DNA from: Eledone cirrhosa | Lineage: Eukaryota | Direction of reading: 5' to 3' | DNA length: 64,000 nt | Assembly (NCBI GenBank): GCA_964016885.1 | Contig: OZ024742.1 | Location: forward strand, 173,538,001 to 173,602,000 | Part shown: positions 59,770-64,000 of the stretch, in pieces | Layout of the letters: every line of letters begins with the position of its first letter | How positions within the stretch are numbered: the stretch's first letter is position 1 | Position numbers and translations under genes: made by a program | The notes under the pieces: model-generated | What the model saw: only the letters and a program-made list of their open reading frames with translations | Database searches by the model: none | What the model was told of the DNA's origin: nothing

Positions 59770-59839
<70 letters not shown>

Positions 59840-59843
59840 TATG

Positions 59844-59885
<42 letters not shown>

Positions 59886-60626
59886 CATATATATATATAT
59901 ATATATTTATGTGTGTGTGTATATATATAAAGAGAGAAACAGACAGAGAGGGAGAGAGAAAGTGGGTTACACGGGAAGGGAGAGGGTGAATGAATCCATT
60001 TGGCTAAAATAGAATTGTAAATTGGTAAAAGTATTTAACTGCAGGAGGTTGTTAATTAATCATAAGTTGAGATTTCAAGAGGAAAAGAATCATGAAAATT
60101 AAATAAAGTAGAAAAGCAAAACGAATGATTTTGTATGACAGCCTGAACCCAAGAGAATCACGAAGCCACTGTCAGGCTGCTCTACATGCTAGTAATAACA
60201 ACTAAATATGAATTTCAAACCACACCGATGCATTTCTCTCAACTTCTTCGATTAGTGTACTGGTTATTCGATAATCGGAACTGCCTGCCCATGACGTAAG
60301 CAGGTAAGTGACTGAGCATGCAATATACACGTGTATCATTAATGTCATTCATGTCGAGATTCAGCTAAACATTTGTCACTTTGAATTACAGGTTCAATGA
60401 AACTGATTGGCTTCCTACTTGTTAACGTCTACTTAACCTCTCTAACATGGGTTGGGGTGACCCGAGGTTATGGTAAATGATATTTAGCTAATATTTCACG
60501 CATTGAGATCAAATCCATGATTTCAAGATGTTGAAGCCCGCTCTGTAGCTACAGCAAAATACACCATATTTTCTTCAAAACTTTAGCATTGGATAATGTA
60601 ATCCGATCTAGAGAGAAGACAAGGAA

Positions 60627-60746
60627 ATAATTGTTTCTACTTTTGGCACAAGGCCAGCAATTATCTCAGTGTATAACTGGTACTTTATTTTATCGAACCC
60701 ATAAGGATGAAAGGCAAAGTTAACCTCGGCGGGATTTAAACTCAGA
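60627..60746 (-). mobile_element. tRNA-SINE copy (5' truncated)
   Basis: Matches 30075-30190. Confidence 0.75.
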
Positions 60747-61159
60747 AGACAAGAAAATAATATGGTATAACCAGGGCTAGAAAAGCTGATTTTTCAGGGC
60801 TGCCTGAGGCTAAACGGCAACATCAACAAAATTATATCAACGCCAGAAAGAAAAATGGAACCCAGATATAGACATCACGCACAATAATGGGACAACATCC
60901 ATGACGCTGGTTGGTTTCGTTGGGGATTCATCGGAGCAATTGGAGACAATTGGTTCTTGCCAGAACTGCTGGAAGGTAGGATTGCAAAACCTTCCTCAAC
61001 GATCCACCTCGGAATAAATGGGCAGAGAAGAAAAAATATACATATATATATAGAGAGAGAGGAGGGGAGAAAGGAAGAGAGAGAGAGCGAAATTTATTCC
61101 TTAAACGTTTAATCTGTACAAATAATGTATACACACACACATACATTATATATTTTGAG

Positions 61160-63867
61160 TATATGTTGGTTGTATACCAACACCTCAGTATTCTGATTGG
61201 AGCACTGGACGAAGTGCGCAGGTTGGTTTGGTTACTCCGGAGTAATGTAAAATAAACTAAAATAAATAAGTCAAATATTTAAAATTTGGCTTTGTTTATT
61301 TCGGTGACATCCATCTTTGGCTGTGATCTCTTCAGGCAGTCCGAATTAGTGTGGTAAAGACGAGTACACATGTTTTTGAGGTGTTTAACTTTGTCAATAC
61401 TCTGATATGCCCAGTTCCTGTTTGGGTTGTTATTTCACTGAGGAACTGGAATCATATGAATTTAAACAAACGAACTTCAGCGTCAAAGGACATCCTCCTC
61501 TCCCATTGGTCAGTTGTGAAAACATTCCTCAGTCAAAAGTCTATAGAAATTCGTTCTGAGGCGAGGAAATCTGTAGTGGTTGTTCTTGTTATTGTTAAGT
61601 ACATCTGACCTCTACTCTTATGTTGGTAGTGGTGTTGGTGTTGGAGTCAGCTCAAAAAAATGAGAAGGTGATAAAAATGATAAACGGGTAGAAGGAATAA
61701 TATGGTAAGAGAATAAAATAAGATAATCAAATAAAATGTGTGTGTGTTATAACCAATCTCAAAGTTAGAAAGATTTTTATAATCCACGCCTCCCATTGGT
61801 CTGTTGTGTAAGCATTCCTCAGTCAACAGTCTATAGAAATTCTTTCTGGGGTGAGGCTATCTTTAGTGTTTGTTTTTGCTATTGTGAAGTACATCTGGCC
61901 TCTACCCTTATTTTGGTAGTGGTATTGGTGCTTTGGTCAGACTAGGTCTTGCTGCTGCTGATTTTAGAAGTATCTGCGTGTGTTTGCATCCCTCGTCACC
62001 ATTTCTCGTGGTGGTGGGGGTGGGGGTGCCAATCATATGAATAAATAAAAGGCAATAAAGTGAAGAAAATAGAAAATGAAAATAAGATAATATAAGCAAA
62101 TAATTAAACAAAAAAATGATAAAATGGTTGAAGGAATAATATGGTAAAAGAATAACATAAGATAATCAAATAAAATGTGTGTGTGTTATAACCAAGTTAG
62201 ACAAATGTGTAAGATCCATTCCTCCCATTGGTCAGTTGTGAGAGCATTCCTCAGTCAAAAGTCTATAACAATTCTTTGGCATGCTTATGAAGAAATAAAA
62301 GGCAATAAAATGAAGAAAATAGAAAAGAAATGAAAAATAAGAAAATGAAGAATCAAATAAAATAAAATAAAATGTGTGTGTGTTATAACCAATCTCAAAG
62401 TTATAAAGATGTGCTGCGGTCAGCCTAGGTCTTACTGCTGCATATTTTAGAAGTATATGTGTGTGGTTGCATCCATCCTGCGACCATGCTCGTGGTGGTG
62501 GTGCGGGGAGGTGGTATCATGCGTATGAATAAATAAAAGGCAATAAAATGAAGAAAATAGAAAATAAATTAAAAATAAGAAAATGAAGATTCAAATAAAA
62601 TAAAATAAAATAAAATGTGTGTGTGTTATACCCGATCTCAAAGTTATAAAGATGTTGGCCAAATTAGAAAGGCTGTGTCAGAATCAATCTCTAGGCTATC
62701 ATGGTGTCTGCTCAGCCTGGATGGGTCCCTATGGCTTGAGGGGAGTTCCCAAACTATGGTGTTGTTACTGCCCATATAGCTTGAGGGAGGTCCGGTCAAG
62801 AGATGTCTACATGTTCTGGAGAAGTCCCTATAGCTTGAGGGGAGTTCACATCACAGTGTGTTGTTACTGTCCATATAGCCTGAGGAAGGTCCCGGCTCTG
62901 GGGTGTCTACATGTCCCGAAGAAGTCGGTTCTGAGGTTTATCAGGCGGCTTCCACCTCTTAGTATCTCGAGGGTCTCGCTCAGACATAGTCTGCATATGC
63001 CAGATCCCCCTTTATCGGGTGGTACTTTTCTGATTATGGACGAGGCCAGGGAGTACGGGGTCCTGCCCAGCATAAGCTTCCAGATCAGGTCGGAAAGAGC
63101 CGTACTTTTCCTTTTGACCTCCTTATTGAAGGAATGGCGATATTTATACCAACGGTCTTTAAAGCTCATTGATGTGGCTCCTATGTAGAGGTGTTCGGAG
63201 TTGGGGGTTTTAACTCTACATCCGTATATTAGGTTATTCCTTAGGCATTCATTACTAAGGGGGCATGATTCGGGGTTTCTGCAGTTGCAGAGGGTGGTCG
63301 ATCTCTGCGTGCCTAGTGTGGGGTTGCCGTTACGTGTTACATGGTGATTTTCCCCCTGGTCCGGTGGTGGGTCCACGGGTCTGTTTGAGTTTCTTGGGTG
63401 GGCACTGGGTCCACCCTTATCTCCTTCCACATGGTTGTGCTGGGTGCTTATATTGCGATCTTCTGGTTGTGTGTGCTTTTTAAGCCTACTTCTGTTGATG
63501 CTAGCTATGTGTTGGGCCAAATTTGTCGTGGTGGAATAGGAGAGCTTCACAGTGTGTCTGTTGAAGATCTTGAGGTATCTAGGGTCCCTCGGGAAGCATT
63601 TATCACGTGCTCCAAAGAATAATCGGGCTAAGCTGTTCTTTAGGGCCGCTGAGTAGGGTGGGTTGTACCACGTTATTTTTCTGCGTCTACTCCTATATTG
63701 GTGGGTTGAGGGCGTCGTGAGTTGTTCGAGAGTTGTTGGGTTGCTGGTGGTTCCTGCATTGTTGCTTCCCCTTTGGGCGCTCTGCGTTTTGCTACCTTGT
63801 CGGCCCGAATCTGTGGGGTGGTTGCTACCCGCGCTGGGAGGTCACAGGCAAAGATGGCTGTCACCAA
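61160..63867 (-). mobile_element. 5'-truncated Naiad-type PLE: GIY-YIG ORF (62864..about 63690) and a long repetitive 3' UTR
   Basis: RKITWYNPPYS, KLSYSTT, CNCRNPESCPLSNEC, LIYGCRV...YIG, FKDRWY, CRLCLSE and CRH. Mosaic repeats at 61490-62650. CTGAAGA...GAAA on the - strand at 61299-61337. The 3' boundary is uncertain. Confidence 0.85.
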
Positions 63868-63939
63868 AATATATATAGCAGTAATAAACGAAGCTAAATT
63901 CTAAGTATATTCGACTTATTTTAGTTTATATACATTATA

Positions 63940-64000
<61 letters not shown>

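Noticed and set aside
61490-62650. CRISPR-like repeat/spacer array
   Set aside because: Eukaryotic context, irregular spacing, spacers are themselves repeated, and no cas genes.

Overview
AT-rich, microsatellite-dense animal DNA made almost entirely of transposable elements. The SINE and (TA)n/(CA)n landscape suggests an octopus or other cephalopod (inference). No intact host gene is visible. Recognisable elements are: five Penelope-like retroelement (PLE) copies (four Naiad-type, one Neptune/Poseidon-type); a decayed CR1-type LINE; a decayed full-length Tx1/L1 LINE inside a (TC)n tract; an intact 1181-aa RTE LINE with three C2H2 fingers plus a nearby 5'+3' bipartite derivative; a deleted mariner; a pogo-like MITE; and tRNA-derived SINEs. 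The most striking pattern is a dozen fold-back palindromes (arms from about 25 bp to 1.1 kb) from several unrelated sequence families, mostly next to (TA)n tracts. Most carry minimal hammerhead-ribozyme (HHR) motifs, and these nearly always read outward from the hairpin centre. One family forms a 415-bp tandem of HHR-bearing monomers that resembles a retrozyme. Scattered + strand fragments with YWTD-like and FN3-like motifs may be a decayed ROS1/sevenless-like gene (weak evidence). All alignments and RNA folds were done by eye, so coordinates are approximate to a few bases.
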